DNA of 64,000 nt from the NCBI GenBank assembly GCA_016779995.1, contig JADHMO010000001.1:213308-277307 (forward strand), in the 5' to 3' direction. Position numbers and translations under genes: made by a program. Shown here piece by piece: positions 10,094-20,329 of the stretch (positions are counted from its first letter, which is position 1; each line of letters begins with the position of its first letter). This DNA is from Flavobacteriales bacterium. Its GTDB lineage: Bacteria; Bacteroidota; Bacteroidia; Flavobacteriales; UBA7312. The notes beneath the pieces were generated by a model. The model did not search any database. It saw nothing but the letters and a program-made list of their open reading frames with translations, and had not been told where the DNA came from.

Positions 10094-10612
10094 ATGAAAA
10101 ACATTCTTTTTTTAGCCACAATTTTTGCGTTCTCTATTGCCTGTGGCACCAATGAAGACAACAGAGGCTACAAGCTTAAAGTTGGTGACAGTTGTCCAGA
10201 TTTCAGCATGGAACTGTTAGATGGAACGACAATTACCAACGAATCGCTACTAGGAAAGGTAAGTGTGATACAATTTACAGCCTCTTGGTGTGGTGTTTGC
10301 AGAAAAGAGATGCCTCATTTGGAAACCGAGGTATGGCAAGAATTTAAAGATGAAGATTTCATTCTTTTAGGGGTAGACTTGAAAGAATCGAAAGAAAAAA
10401 CAACAACATTCATTGAAGAAATGCAAGTAACTTATCCCATAGCATTGGACACAAATGGTCGAGTGTTTGAACAATTTACTCTTCCTAAAGCTGGAGTAAC
10501 ACGAAATATCGTTTTGGATAGAAACGGTAAAATAATCTTCCTTACTCGTTTATTTGATAAAGTGGAGTTTCATCAAATGATTGAAGTTATAAGAAAAGAA
10601 TTAGAGCAATAA
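10094..10612 (+). CDS. TlpA/redoxin family thiol-disulfide oxidoreductase lipoprotein
   Basis: Lipobox SIAC and FTASWCGVC (CxxC). Confidence 0.88.
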   Translation: MKNILFLATIFAFSIACGTNEDNRGYKLKVGDSCPDFSMELLDGTTITNESLLGKVSVIQFTASWCGVCRKEMPHLETEVWQEFKDEDFILLGVDLKESKEKTTTFIEEMQVTYPIALDTNGRVFEQFTLPKAGVTRNIVLDRNGKIIFLTRLFDKVEFHQMIEVIRKELEQ

Positions 10613-10855
10613 CTACTTTTGATTAGAAGACTTAAAGCGTCCTTTTACAAAACTTCTTAAAGAAAGATGTTTGGTCTTTCTACTCTTAACCCGTTTTCGC
10701 CACATTACAAAAGAAGAACGTTTCATGTGTTTACGCATTAGCTGACGAACCTCATTTTCTTTAAGATTATACTGTAACTCAATAGCATCAAAAGGTGTTC
10801 TATCTTCCCACGCCATTTCTATTATCCTATCGATATCTTTTTCGGAGAGTACCAA
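10613..10855 (-). CDS. TIGR03643/DUF2805 family protein
   Basis: RIIEMAWEDRTPFDAI...SSFVMWRKRV signature. Confidence 0.85.
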   Translation of the reverse strand: MVLSEKDIDRIIEMAWEDRTPFDAIELQYNLKENEVRQLMRKHMKRSSFVMWRKRVKSRKTKHLSLRSFVKGRFKSSNQK

Positions 10856-10857
10856 AA

Positions 10858-13077
10858 CTATTGCTTTATGAGTTTTTTAATAGAGTTATTAAATTCAATG
10901 AGGTAAATTCCAACCTCTAAATCTTGTATGTCTATAGAGTGTTTGAAATCACTTTTTACAGACGAATGAACCTCTTGCCAAATGGTGTTATATATTCTTA
11001 TTTGACCATTGATATTACTCTCAAGAACAAAAGCTCCGTAAGTAGGATTAGGGAATAAATCAAACTGTGTTGTATTAGTACTATAATCTGAAGTTGACAA
11101 AGCAGATTCGACGCAAAAATTAAGCGTTATATCATCACCAAAATCAGAATTAGGCTCGTTTAATTCAGCAAGAATATTATCGTCATTATCATAAATAGTA
11201 AAGTCTCCATCAAATTCACAAGTATGTTGTGAACCGTACAAACCATCGCCATACTCATCTTCAACCACAAATTTATAGCAGCCGTCCATTAAACACCAAT
11301 TTTCAATAACACTTTGAGGATTAGGCTCCATATCCTGAGCAGAATTTCCGCCCGGATAGTAACCATTAGAAACTGAATAGATTACCTGACCATTAGTGCT
11401 TTGTAATTCCCAAGAAGTTTCTTGACCATAGCAATCAGGCAAGAAGTCTAACTCCACTAAATTGGCAGCTACGTTTATATAGTCTGTCATGGTATAGTCA
11501 TCTGTATTTTCTGTGCCAGAAACACTTAAAGAGACATCGTAAGTGCCTGGTGAATTGTAGTTCACAGTATGCGGTCCAGGACCATTAGCAGAAGCTGGCG
11601 AACCACCAGGGAATTGCCAATTATATGACGTTATTTCTCCAGTAGATAAAGATGAATAAGTAACCGATGAGTTTAAGCAAACATTAGTCTCTGAGCTATT
11701 GAAAGCAGCTGTTACAGTAGCACTTTGATTACAATATATGCCATTTAATGAAATCGCATTGGTGTTAGCAGGGTCTAACCATGGTTTTAGCTGTTCGGAA
11801 GTAGAGTTACCTACCTGATCCCAGCCGTGCCATAGTTTTCCGTAAATATCCGTTTGATTGGTAGCGTCACAAAAAGATGAACCACCAGTTAATACACCTA
11901 CCAATAAAGAGTTCTGATTGTATATTGGCGAACCTGAAGAACCTCCTTCTGTTACACCATGACCATTATCCGTTTGAGACCATTGCACTTGCCAATGTGT
12001 TGTATTATCATTACCCCATCCTAAACCACTAGATGTTGTCAAACTATTAGTAAAAGTAGAAATCTTCATTATATCTCCACTAGGATGGTGAATACTAACA
12101 CCACTAGTAGCAGGGGTATTTGAACGATTCCATCCAGAAAAATAGGGATCAAAATCAGGTTCACTATTCAACTCAACTAAAAAGAAATCAGGATCACCAA
12201 CTCCACCTTCACCTCCACTATTAGCAAGTTTAGAACAACCCGTAATGGAGTAAGTATTATTTGGAACAGAATTATTACAATTTGGCGAACGGTAGTTAAA
12301 ATAAAAAATAGATTGATTGAGTTCATTATCACTAATATCTCCACCACTAAAGCAATGGTCAGCAGAAAGTACGTAAGGTGTACAATTGTTCAGTGTATTA
12401 TTAACTAATGCACCTGTGCATAAACCAACATTCCAACCTGAACCAATTTGAATTCTACAAACAGATTTTTTTTGGTTTTCCCAAGCGTCACCTTCGGAGC
12501 AATTGGCATTGACTTGGCAATCTTCAGAAGAATTGTAACCTCCAAGTTGCCCACCACTAATATCCCTGTAAGCATAGGCAAAGCGATTAATAGATAATCT
12601 TAAATCACTTAACTCAGTATTAGGCTGAAAATACTCAAGAATTAACATATCGCCACTAATAAGCTCTGTTGCGAAAAGACCAGAACTGTGGTTATGTTTT
12701 GAAGTAAAAGGACCTATTCTTTGAGTGTACGAAGGGTTGTATATGTATAATTCTCCAGATGATGGTATCCAAAAATCGTCATAATACAATGAAATGCCTT
12801 TAGCATCGGTAGCTGCTATAGCTAATGTCCAAACCTTTCCACCATCTACCTCAGTCCATAAACCATCATCAGAACTCGAAATATCACACAACACAAATTT
12901 ACCAAAGTTGAACATTTGACCTTTGACCACTTCTGCGTTTAATAACTCATCGATATCAGCAGGTTTATCAAAAGTTAATAACGGTATTTCATTACCAGAA
13001 TCTAAAAAAAGAGACTCAATGTTTTGTGCTGTTAAAAAATTGAAACTCAATAATAATGTTAGTAAGAGCTTATACAT
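10858..13077 (-). CDS. Lysyl-endopeptidase-like trypsin-family serine protease with PKD domain and T9SS sorting tail
   Basis: Catalytic triad motifs SADHC / DFFLVEL / GGSSGSP, PKD WQFPGG, C-terminal FPNPT...GIYLI...KLIK. Start moved to MYKLLL (13077). Confidence 0.88.
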   Translation of the reverse strand: MYKLLLTLLLSFNFLTAQNIESLFLDSGNEIPLLTFDKPADIDELLNAEVVKGQMFNFGKFVLCDISSSDDGLWTEVDGGKVWTLAIAATDAKGISLYYDDFWIPSSGELYIYNPSYTQRIGPFTSKHNHSSGLFATELISGDMLILEYFQPNTELSDLRLSINRFAYAYRDISGGQLGGYNSSEDCQVNANCSEGDAWENQKKSVCRIQIGSGWNVGLCTGALVNNTLNNCTPYVLSADHCFSGGDISDNELNQSIFYFNYRSPNCNNSVPNNTYSITGCSKLANSGGEGGVGDPDFFLVELNSEPDFDPYFSGWNRSNTPATSGVSIHHPSGDIMKISTFTNSLTTSSGLGWGNDNTTHWQVQWSQTDNGHGVTEGGSSGSPIYNQNSLLVGVLTGGSSFCDATNQTDIYGKLWHGWDQVGNSTSEQLKPWLDPANTNAISLNGIYCNQSATVTAAFNSSETNVCLNSSVTYSSLSTGEITSYNWQFPGGSPASANGPGPHTVNYNSPGTYDVSLSVSGTENTDDYTMTDYINVAANLVELDFLPDCYGQETSWELQSTNGQVIYSVSNGYYPGGNSAQDMEPNPQSVIENWCLMDGCYKFVVEDEYGDGLYGSQHTCEFDGDFTIYDNDDNILAELNEPNSDFGDDITLNFCVESALSTSDYSTNTTQFDLFPNPTYGAFVLESNINGQIRIYNTIWQEVHSSVKSDFKHSIDIQDLEVGIYLIEFNNSIKKLIKQ

Positions 13078-13166
13078 AATAATATTGTTAAGGTTTTGAT
13101 AAACTAGGACAAAGTACAAAAATAATGAATTGCAAATTAATCGACACAATTTTGATGCTTAACCAT

Positions 13167-13174
13167 TATATTTG
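13167..13174 (+). promoter_or_regulatory. -7 element for the ABC transporter gene
   Basis: TATATTTG 12 nt before the ATG at 13186. Confidence 0.6.
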
Positions 13175-13185
13175 CCAATCATATT

Positions 13186-14928
13186 ATGACAAAAAACAAA
13201 AAAACATCACTTAAACGCGCTGGTCGTTTATTTCAATATATAAAACCTTACAGAATAGAATTTTCCTTCGGGCTTTTCTTCTTGTTGTTATCTACTGCAG
13301 CCTCGTTAATTTTTCCTGCTTTAATGGGTAATCTTGTTGATTCAGCCTCCGATAAGCTAGTGAATAACATCAACCAAATAGCAATAGCACTTTTAGTGTT
13401 ATTTGCCTTACAAGCCATATTTTCCTATTTCAGAATAGTGTTATTTGTTAATGTTACTGAAAAAACTTTAGCAGTAATACGACAAGAAACCTATGCGCAC
13501 CTTATAAAACTGCCTATGAATTTCTTTTCAAAAAGACGTGTAGGTGAATTGAATAGCCGTATTGCCTCTGACATATCCTTATTACAAGAAACTTTTACTA
13601 CCGATTTAGCTGAATTTTTAAGACAAGTTCTTATCATTATAGGTGGTATTGTATTTCTTTCTTTGACCTCTGTCAAGCTGACCTTATTTATGTTAGCCAT
13701 AATTCCCGCCATGATGTTAGCTGCGGTCTTTTTTGGAAGATATATTAAACGATTCTCCAAGCAAGTACAAGAAAAAGTAGCTGAATCTAACACTATAATA
13801 GAAGAAACTTTACAAGGTATTTCCAACGTCAAAGCCTTTACCAATGAGTTTTTTGAAATAGGACGATACACTAAAAAAACGAATGAAGTGATGCAAATTG
13901 CCAAAAAAGGCGGTCGTTATCGTGGTGCTTTTGCTTCATTCATCATCTTTTGTTTGTTTGGCTCTATTGTTGCAGTTATTTGGTATGGCGTATTAATGAT
14001 TAACTCAAACGAACTAAGTATAGGTGAGTTGTTTACGTTTATACTATACTCGGTTTTTATTGGTGCATCTGTAGGTGGTATGGCCGACATCTACGCAAAA
14101 CTTCAAAAAGCTATTGGAGCAACAGAACATTTGATGGATATTCTTGAAGAAGAAAAAGAAGAAATCCATTCAACATTTAGTGCTGATGCCGTTAAAGGTC
14201 ATATAAAATTTCACAATTTAAGTTTTGCCTACCCAAGTAGACCAGATGTACAAGTATTGAATAATTTAAATTTTGAAGTTCAACAAGGTCATAACATAGC
14301 GTTGGTAGGCCCAAGTGGCGCAGGAAAAACCACATTAGCCTCTATCCTATTTGGTTTTTATAAAATAGAAGACGGTCAAATTAGTATTGACGGAAAAAAT
14401 ATTGAAGAATACGACTTACACTTTTTAAGGAAGCAGATTGCTATTGTCCCTCAAGATATCATTTTATTTGGTGGTAGCATTAAAGAAAATATTGCATACG
14501 GCAAATTAGACGCTTCTGAACAAGAAATTGAAGAAGCAGCTAAAAAAGCTAATGCTCTTAACTTCATTAATGATTTCCCTGAAAAAATGGAAACACTTGT
14601 TGGTGAGCGTGGCATACAACTTTCAGGTGGACAAAGACAACGAATAGCCATTGCTAGAGCTTTGCTAAAAAATCCTAGTATATTAATTTTAGACGAAGCA
14701 ACTAGTGCTTTAGACTCTGAATCCGAAAAGCTGGTTCAGGAAGCTATGGACGTGCTCATGAAAGGAAGGACTTCTATAGTTATCGCACATCGACTTTCTA
14801 CCATTAAAAATGCAGATTGTATATTAGTGCTCGAAAACGGACAAATTATCGAGCAAGGAACCCATCAAGAGCTTCAAAAAAATGAAGGCTTATATAAGCA
14901 ACTCTCTGATATGCAGTTCAACCATTAA
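13186..14928 (+). CDS. ABC exporter, fused permease/ATPase (MsbA-like)
   Basis: Six-TM domain, GPSGAGKT, LSGGQRQR, ILDEATSALD, AHRLST. Confidence 0.95.
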   Translation: MTKNKKTSLKRAGRLFQYIKPYRIEFSFGLFFLLLSTAASLIFPALMGNLVDSASDKLVNNINQIAIALLVLFALQAIFSYFRIVLFVNVTEKTLAVIRQETYAHLIKLPMNFFSKRRVGELNSRIASDISLLQETFTTDLAEFLRQVLIIIGGIVFLSLTSVKLTLFMLAIIPAMMLAAVFFGRYIKRFSKQVQEKVAESNTIIEETLQGISNVKAFTNEFFEIGRYTKKTNEVMQIAKKGGRYRGAFASFIIFCLFGSIVAVIWYGVLMINSNELSIGELFTFILYSVFIGASVGGMADIYAKLQKAIGATEHLMDILEEEKEEIHSTFSADAVKGHIKFHNLSFAYPSRPDVQVLNNLNFEVQQGHNIALVGPSGAGKTTLASILFGFYKIEDGQISIDGKNIEEYDLHFLRKQIAIVPQDIILFGGSIKENIAYGKLDASEQEIEEAAKKANALNFINDFPEKMETLVGERGIQLSGGQRQRIAIARALLKNPSILILDEATSALDSESEKLVQEAMDVLMKGRTSIVIAHRLSTIKNADCILVLENGQIIEQGTHQELQKNEGLYKQLSDMQFNH

Positions 14929-14942
14929 AAAAAATATAACCC

Positions 14943-15713
14943 ATGAAATACATAATAAGCTTAGTAACACGATTAATACCTCGACATTACCTACACCACA
15001 TTAGTCATTTTTTTCTAAGAATATTTTCTCTATTTATGAGAGGTAATCAATTCGAAGACCCAATTAATGGATATACTTATAGAAAATTGCTACCCTACGG
15101 AAGGCTAAGATCTAGAGAAAATGCCATAGCACCAGATAGTATGTCTTTAGAAAGACACCGACTAATTTGGTTATACCTTAAAGAGAAAACTAATTTCTTT
15201 AGTGATAATTTAAAATTTTTGCACATTGCCCCAGAATACTGCTTTATTAAGCTATTCAAAAATCAAAAGAATTTGGACTACACTACAGCCGATTTAAATT
15301 CGCCTTGGGCAGATGTAAAAATGGACGTTCACGATATTCCTTTCGAGGATAATAGCTTTGATGTCATTATGTGTAATCACGTTTTGGAGCATGTGCAAGA
15401 TGACAGAAAAGTGATGAAAGAATTTTACAGAGTGATTAAAAAAGGTGGTTGGGGAATTTTTCAAGTACCTATCGATACTAATCGAAAAGAAACCTTCGAC
15501 GACCCTAGCATAACAGACCCAAAAGAAAGGGAAAAACACTATTGGCAAGACGATCACGTCAGACTTTATGGCTTAGATTATGGTAATATTCTTAGTGAAG
15601 CTGGTTTTGAAGTTATTGAAGATGACTACATCAATACCCTAGACCCTAAGTTGGTAGAACGTTATGCCTTACCAAAAGGAGAAATTATATATTTCTGTAA
15701 AAAGATAGATTAA
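14943..15713 (+). CDS. Class I SAM-dependent methyltransferase
   Basis: SLERHRL, LHIAPE, FDVIMCNHVLEHV, QDDHVRLYG (conserved Bacteroidota family). Confidence 0.85.
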   Translation: MKYIISLVTRLIPRHYLHHISHFFLRIFSLFMRGNQFEDPINGYTYRKLLPYGRLRSRENAIAPDSMSLERHRLIWLYLKEKTNFFSDNLKFLHIAPEYCFIKLFKNQKNLDYTTADLNSPWADVKMDVHDIPFEDNSFDVIMCNHVLEHVQDDRKVMKEFYRVIKKGGWGIFQVPIDTNRKETFDDPSITDPKEREKHYWQDDHVRLYGLDYGNILSEAGFEVIEDDYINTLDPKLVERYALPKGEIIYFCKKID

Positions 15714-16336
15714 ACCATCTGCACATAAACAACCTTTTTAGTATCAAAAAAGTCTTGGCTGAAATAATCTGAAAGATTAAAAGAATGGTGATGATAGGTT
15801 ACTTGACTCATTTCTTCGGTCAAGTCACCTCCTTTAAGGTAAAGAACACCATTAGGAAAAGTGTTTTTACAATTAAGAGAAAATTTATCTTCAATCCACT
15901 TTAGAAAAGCAGGCATACGGGTTACCGCTCGGCTCACTACAAAATCAAATTTTCCGTTGATATTTTCTGCTCTTTCATGTGCTGTTTTGACATTTTTCAA
16001 GCCTAACTCCTGAGCCACTGCACGAACTACTTTAATTTTTTTGCCAATACTATCCACCAATAAAAAATCTACCTTGGGAAATAATATAGCTAATGGAATA
16101 CCTGGAAAGCCTCCCCCAGTACCCACATCTAGTACCTTAGTACCATCTTCGAAGTTCATTATTTTGGCTATTCCTAAAGAATGTAAAACGTGACGCTCTA
16201 AAAAGTCATTCATATCCTTCCTAGAAACCACATTTATTTGAGCGTTCCAAAACCCATACAAATCAGAAAGAGCAGAGAATTGCTTTTTTTGAATATCTGT
16301 TAAATCTGGAAAATGTGTAAAAATGATATTAGCCAT
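15710..16336 (-). CDS. rsmG: 16S rRNA m7G527 methyltransferase RsmG
   Basis: WNAQINVVSRKD, HVLHSL, DVGTGGGFPGIPLAI, SRAV, YLKGGDL. Confidence 0.96.
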   Translation of the reverse strand: MANIIFTHFPDLTDIQKKQFSALSDLYGFWNAQINVVSRKDMNDFLERHVLHSLGIAKIMNFEDGTKVLDVGTGGGFPGIPLAILFPKVDFLLVDSIGKKIKVVRAVAQELGLKNVKTAHERAENINGKFDFVVSRAVTRMPAFLKWIEDKFSLNCKNTFPNGVLYLKGGDLTEEMSQVTYHHHSFNLSDYFSQDFFDTKKVVYVQMV

Positions 16337-16941
16337 TAAAAGATATCTTTTTTACCAGAAAGTATCTTAAACAACTGCTCTCTTGAGCGAAATAATTGAG
16401 CTTTAACTGTTCCAATAGGTATCTCTAACTCTAAAGAAATTTCTTCATAACTGTATTCTTTAAAGTAACGTAACTTAACTAATTCTCTGTAGTTTGGTTT
16501 TAGTTGTTCGACTATATTTCTTAAAATTTGAATACGTTGCTTATTCATCATCTTTTTCTCTGGTCCATCACCATGATAGGGAATGTCTATTGCTGTTTGT
16601 GAACCTTCATCGTGATCTATCATAGCATCTATTGAGTAAGTCGGTAATTTTTTCTTTCTCAAATAATCAATACAGTTGTTTCTTGCAATGCTAAACAACC
16701 ATGTACTAAAAGCAAAATTAGGCGTGTAAGAATCTAACTTATTAAAGGCTTTACCAAAGGCTTCTATGGTTAGTTCCTTAGCAAGTTCTCTGTCGTTGAC
16801 TCTTTCATAAAGCATAAAAAAGATGGGGTCTCTGTATTTAGACATCAAGGTATTATAGGCACGAGGATCTCCTTTGGTCAATGCCAATTCGATGATTTTT
16901 AAATCCTCCTTTGCTTTTTCTGTAAGTTCTTTGTTTACCAA
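16336..16941 (-). CDS. ECF RNA polymerase sigma-70 factor
   Basis: Region 2 FAFSTWLFSIARNNCIDYLRKK and region 4 SYEEIS...IGTVKAQLFR. The likely start is TTG at 16941, overlapping the upstream TGG-TAA. The longer ORF-track extension overlaps the glycosyltransferase gene. Confidence 0.9.
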   Translation of the reverse strand: MVNKELTEKAKEDLKIIELALTKGDPRAYNTLMSKYRDPIFFMLYERVNDRELAKELTIEAFGKAFNKLDSYTPNFAFSTWLFSIARNNCIDYLRKKKLPTYSIDAMIDHDEGSQTAIDIPYHGDGPEKKMMNKQRIQILRNIVEQLKPNYRELVKLRYFKEYSYEEISLELEIPIGTVKAQLFRSREQLFKILSGKKDIF

Positions 16942-18032
16942 AACCTTTTCTTTTTTATTGTTCTGTTGACTATAAAGATAAAGTAAAAAATAATAAATAG
17001 TAGTTCTAAAAATGGATACAGAAAGATTAAATCTTTTTCTACTAGTTTTTTCATTATTGGATACGACACCAACATTTGAACTGCTAAACGTAGCATAAAC
17101 AAAGAAACAATAAAATGTAAAAAGGGTTGCCAAAACAGTAAAACCAAAAATAACAGCCAAAATAAGGCTTGACTAAGTGTCCATAAACCCAACATCATCT
17201 TGTGATAGTTTTTATAATAAACTCCAGTACTAAGATGTCTACTTTTTTGTCTTATCCAAGACTTCCAAGTGGTTTTTGGAACAGATAAGGTGTGTGAAGA
17301 ATTCGCAATACTTACAGCAGTATTATGGGGACTTGCTACTTCTTTAATAAATAAATCATCATCTCCTGAAGGTAAGTGCAAGTGAGTAGCAAAGCCTTTA
17401 TTATCAAAAAACAAAGACTTTTTGTAGGCTAAATTTCTACCTACACCCATATAGGTTTTGCCAATTAAAGCGTAGGAAAAATACTGCATAGCCACTTGAA
17501 ATGTGTCAAACCTTACTAACTTATTCAACAAGCCTTTATGCTTTTCATAAGCACCATATCCAAGTACAATAGTCTTATTAGAAAAATGTTGAGTCATAGT
17601 ACTAATCCAATCCTTATCTCTCGGGTAGCAATCGGCATCAGTCAAAAGAAGGTAGTCATACTTAGCGGCTTTGATACCTAAGGTTAAGGCAAACTTTTTA
17701 CCCAATCCTTTTTTAATATCTTCTCCTATGTCAACAAGTTTTATTTTAGGATGGTTTTCCCATTGCTTAAAAATAAATTTTGTGTTGTCTGTAGATTGGT
17801 CATTAACCAATACTATTTCAAAATTAGGATAGTCTTGTTCTAACAGTTTATCCACTAAAGCCTCCCAGTACTGTTCTTCGTTATAACCACACACAACAAC
17901 AGAAACGGCTTTAGAAAAGGTCTTTTTTTGTTCTTTATGTCTTGCTAACTTTAAATAAATAAAAAGATAATAGCACAATTGTACTAGAAAGAGAAAAGAA
18001 AAAATCACTAAGCATACAGTAGCTATATCCAT
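16935..18032 (-). CDS. GT2 family glycosyltransferase (membrane-associated)
   Basis: VVVCGYNEE, VNDQSTD, KKFALTLGI, TDADC, GRNLAY, SGDDDLF, QKSRH, C-terminal TM helices. Confidence 0.92.
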   Translation of the reverse strand: MDIATVCLVIFSFLFLVQLCYYLFIYLKLARHKEQKKTFSKAVSVVVCGYNEEQYWEALVDKLLEQDYPNFEIVLVNDQSTDNTKFIFKQWENHPKIKLVDIGEDIKKGLGKKFALTLGIKAAKYDYLLLTDADCYPRDKDWISTMTQHFSNKTIVLGYGAYEKHKGLLNKLVRFDTFQVAMQYFSYALIGKTYMGVGRNLAYKKSLFFDNKGFATHLHLPSGDDDLFIKEVASPHNTAVSIANSSHTLSVPKTTWKSWIRQKSRHLSTGVYYKNYHKMMLGLWTLSQALFWLLFLVLLFWQPFLHFIVSLFMLRLAVQMLVSYPIMKKLVEKDLIFLYPFLELLFIIFYFIFIVNRTIKKKRFW

Positions 18033-18098
18033 AGACTACAATGATACGGATATTTAATTTTTTTATGCCCTATAAAATAGATGTTATTAAGACTTAAC

Positions 18099-18106
18099 TA
18101 TCTTTG
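18099..18106 (+). promoter_or_regulatory. -7 element for tgt-lptF/G
   Basis: TATCTTTG, which supports the ATG at 18122 as the start. Confidence 0.65.
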
Positions 18107-18121
18107 GCGAAATTTGCATTT

Positions 18122-19252
18122 ATGGATTTTAAGCTGATTAAAAAAGATAGTGCCTCAAAAGCACGTTTAGGAGAACTGACAACTGCACACGGAAAAATCC
18201 AAACCCCTATTTTTATGCCTGTCGGAACGGCAGCAACAGTCAAGGGCGTTCATCAGCATGAAGTAGATAAAGATACTCAAGCACAAATTATCTTAGGTAA
18301 CACTTACCATTTGTACTTAAGACCAGGTCTTGAAGTGTTAGAAAAAGCAGGAGGAATACACCAATTTATGAATTGGCAAAAGCCCATTCTTACCGATAGT
18401 GGTGGTTATCAAGTATATTCTCTATCAGGAAAACGTAAAATTAAGGAAGAAGGTGTGAAGTTTCAATCCCATATAGATGGCTCTTACCACCTTTTTACTC
18501 CAGAAAATGTAATGGATATTCAGCGAACTATCGGTGCTGATATCATTATGGCATTTGATGAATGTACGCCTTACCCTTGCGATTATAACTACGCTAAAAA
18601 GTCTATGCACATGACTCACCGTTGGCTAAAGCGTTGTTGTGAACGATTTGATAGTACCGAAGCAAAATACGGCTTTGAACAAACCCTTTTTCCTATTGTT
18701 CAGGGAAGTGTATATAAAGATTTGAGAAAACAATCGGCAGAAAAAATAGCCTCTTTTGAGCGTGAAGGTAATGCCATAGGTGGCTTATCTGTGGGTGAAC
18801 CTCATGAGCTTATGTATGAAATGACGGAAATAGTATGTAACGTACTACCTGAAGATAAGCCCCGCTATCTAATGGGCGTAGGAACGCCAACCAATTTATT
18901 AGAAAACATTGCTCTAGGTGTAGATATGTTCGATTGTGTTATGCCTACTAGAAATGCTAGAAATGGTATGATATTTACAAGTGAAGGGACTATTAATATC
19001 AAAAATAAAAAATGGGCTGACGACTTTTCTCCAATAGATGAAAATGGCACTTCATATGTGGACTCTACTTATAGTAAAGCTTATGTGCGTCACTTATTTA
19101 CTGTCAACGAAATGTTGGGTAAACAAATAACAACTTTACACAATATTCGTTTTTACCTATGGTTAATGGAACAGGCTAGAGAACATTTGGCTGCTGGGAC
19201 ATTTACAGAATGGAAAAATAAAATGGTTAAAAAACTTGACAGACGTCTGTAA
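18122..19252 (+). CDS. tgt: tRNA-guanine transglycosylase (queuine tRNA-ribosyltransferase)
   Basis: TPIFMPVGT, ILGNTYHL, TDSGGYQV, FDEC, YLMGVG, DMFDCVMPTRNARNG, HN. Confidence 0.98.
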   Translation: MDFKLIKKDSASKARLGELTTAHGKIQTPIFMPVGTAATVKGVHQHEVDKDTQAQIILGNTYHLYLRPGLEVLEKAGGIHQFMNWQKPILTDSGGYQVYSLSGKRKIKEEGVKFQSHIDGSYHLFTPENVMDIQRTIGADIIMAFDECTPYPCDYNYAKKSMHMTHRWLKRCCERFDSTEAKYGFEQTLFPIVQGSVYKDLRKQSAEKIASFEREGNAIGGLSVGEPHELMYEMTEIVCNVLPEDKPRYLMGVGTPTNLLENIALGVDMFDCVMPTRNARNGMIFTSEGTINIKNKKWADDFSPIDENGTSYVDSTYSKAYVRHLFTVNEMLGKQITTLHNIRFYLWLMEQAREHLAAGTFTEWKNKMVKKLDRRL

Positions 19253-20329
19253 ATGCAAAAGTTAGATTGGTATATTATAAAAAAGTTTTTGGGGACGTTT
19301 TTCTTCTCTATATCACTGATATTACTGATTGTTGTAGTATTTGACATCTCCGAAAAGATTGATGATTTTATAGAAAAAGATGCGCCACTCAAGGGGATTA
19401 TTTTCGACTATTACCTCAATTTTATCCCCTACTTCGGTAACCTTTTCAGTCCTTTATTCACTTTTGTCGCTGTCATCTTTTTCACTTCTAAAATGGCTAA
19501 TAATACAGAAGTCATCTCCATTTTAAGCAGTGGCATAAGCTTCAATAGATTTTTACGACCTTTTATGTTATCTGCTGGATTTTTAGCTGTCCTATCATTC
19601 ACACTTAGCAACTTCATAATACCACCTGCCAATAGTGAACGCTTAGAATTTGAAAACACCTATATAAAAAACCCTTACAAAAACAGAGATAAGGATATAC
19701 ATATGCAAATAAAACCTGGTCAGTTTATCTACATGCAATCTTATAACACCAAACGAAACATTGGCTATAAATTTTCAATGGAAGAATTTGAGAATAACGA
19801 ACTCCAAGAAAAGCTGTTTTGCAATTATATCAAATGGAATGAAACTACAGAAAATTGGACGGTGCACAACTATTTCATTCGTAAAATAGACCATTTAAAT
19901 GAAGAAATAATCGAAGGCGACACCCTAGTTTTAACGATTAATCTGCACCCTAATGATTTTAACGTCAGGCGAAGTATGGTAGAAACTATGAATATGTTTC
20001 AGCTTAACCATTATATCAAGGAAGAACGGATGAAAGGCTCTAAAAATTTAGTTTTTCATATCATCGAGCAACAAAAACGTTTTGCTTATCCCTTTGCAAC
20101 TCTCATACTTACCATTGTTGCTGTGGCTATGGCATCACGAAAAGTTAGAGGAGGAATTGGTTTGCATCTAGGGCTAGGGCTACTCATTAGCTTTGCTTAC
20201 ATACTTTTTATGCAAGTTTCTACAACATTTGCAACTAATGGTGACTTATCTCCTGTCATTGCCGTATGGATTCCCAATTTGCTGTTTGCCAGTTTAGGAC
20301 TTTACCTACTCAAAAAAGCACCTAAATAG
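19253..20329 (+). CDS. LptF/LptG family LPS export permease
   Basis: KLDWYIIKKFL, NTEVISILSSGISF, multiple TM helices, WIPNLLF. Confidence 0.9.
   Translation: MQKLDWYIIKKFLGTFFFSISLILLIVVVFDISEKIDDFIEKDAPLKGIIFDYYLNFIPYFGNLFSPLFTFVAVIFFTSKMANNTEVISILSSGISFNRFLRPFMLSAGFLAVLSFTLSNFIIPPANSERLEFENTYIKNPYKNRDKDIHMQIKPGQFIYMQSYNTKRNIGYKFSMEEFENNELQEKLFCNYIKWNETTENWTVHNYFIRKIDHLNEEIIEGDTLVLTINLHPNDFNVRRSMVETMNMFQLNHYIKEERMKGSKNLVFHIIEQQKRFAYPFATLILTIVAVAMASRKVRGGIGLHLGLGLLISFAYILFMQVSTTFATNGDLSPVIAVWIPNLLFASLGLYLLKKAPK

Noticed and set aside
16942-17160. Hydrophobic 73-aa N-terminal extension on the ECF sigma factor, which would make it membrane-tethered
   Set aside because: It is an alternative frame of the glycosyltransferase's TM-coding 3' end. 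An in-frame TTG at 16941 gives a normal-sized sigma factor.
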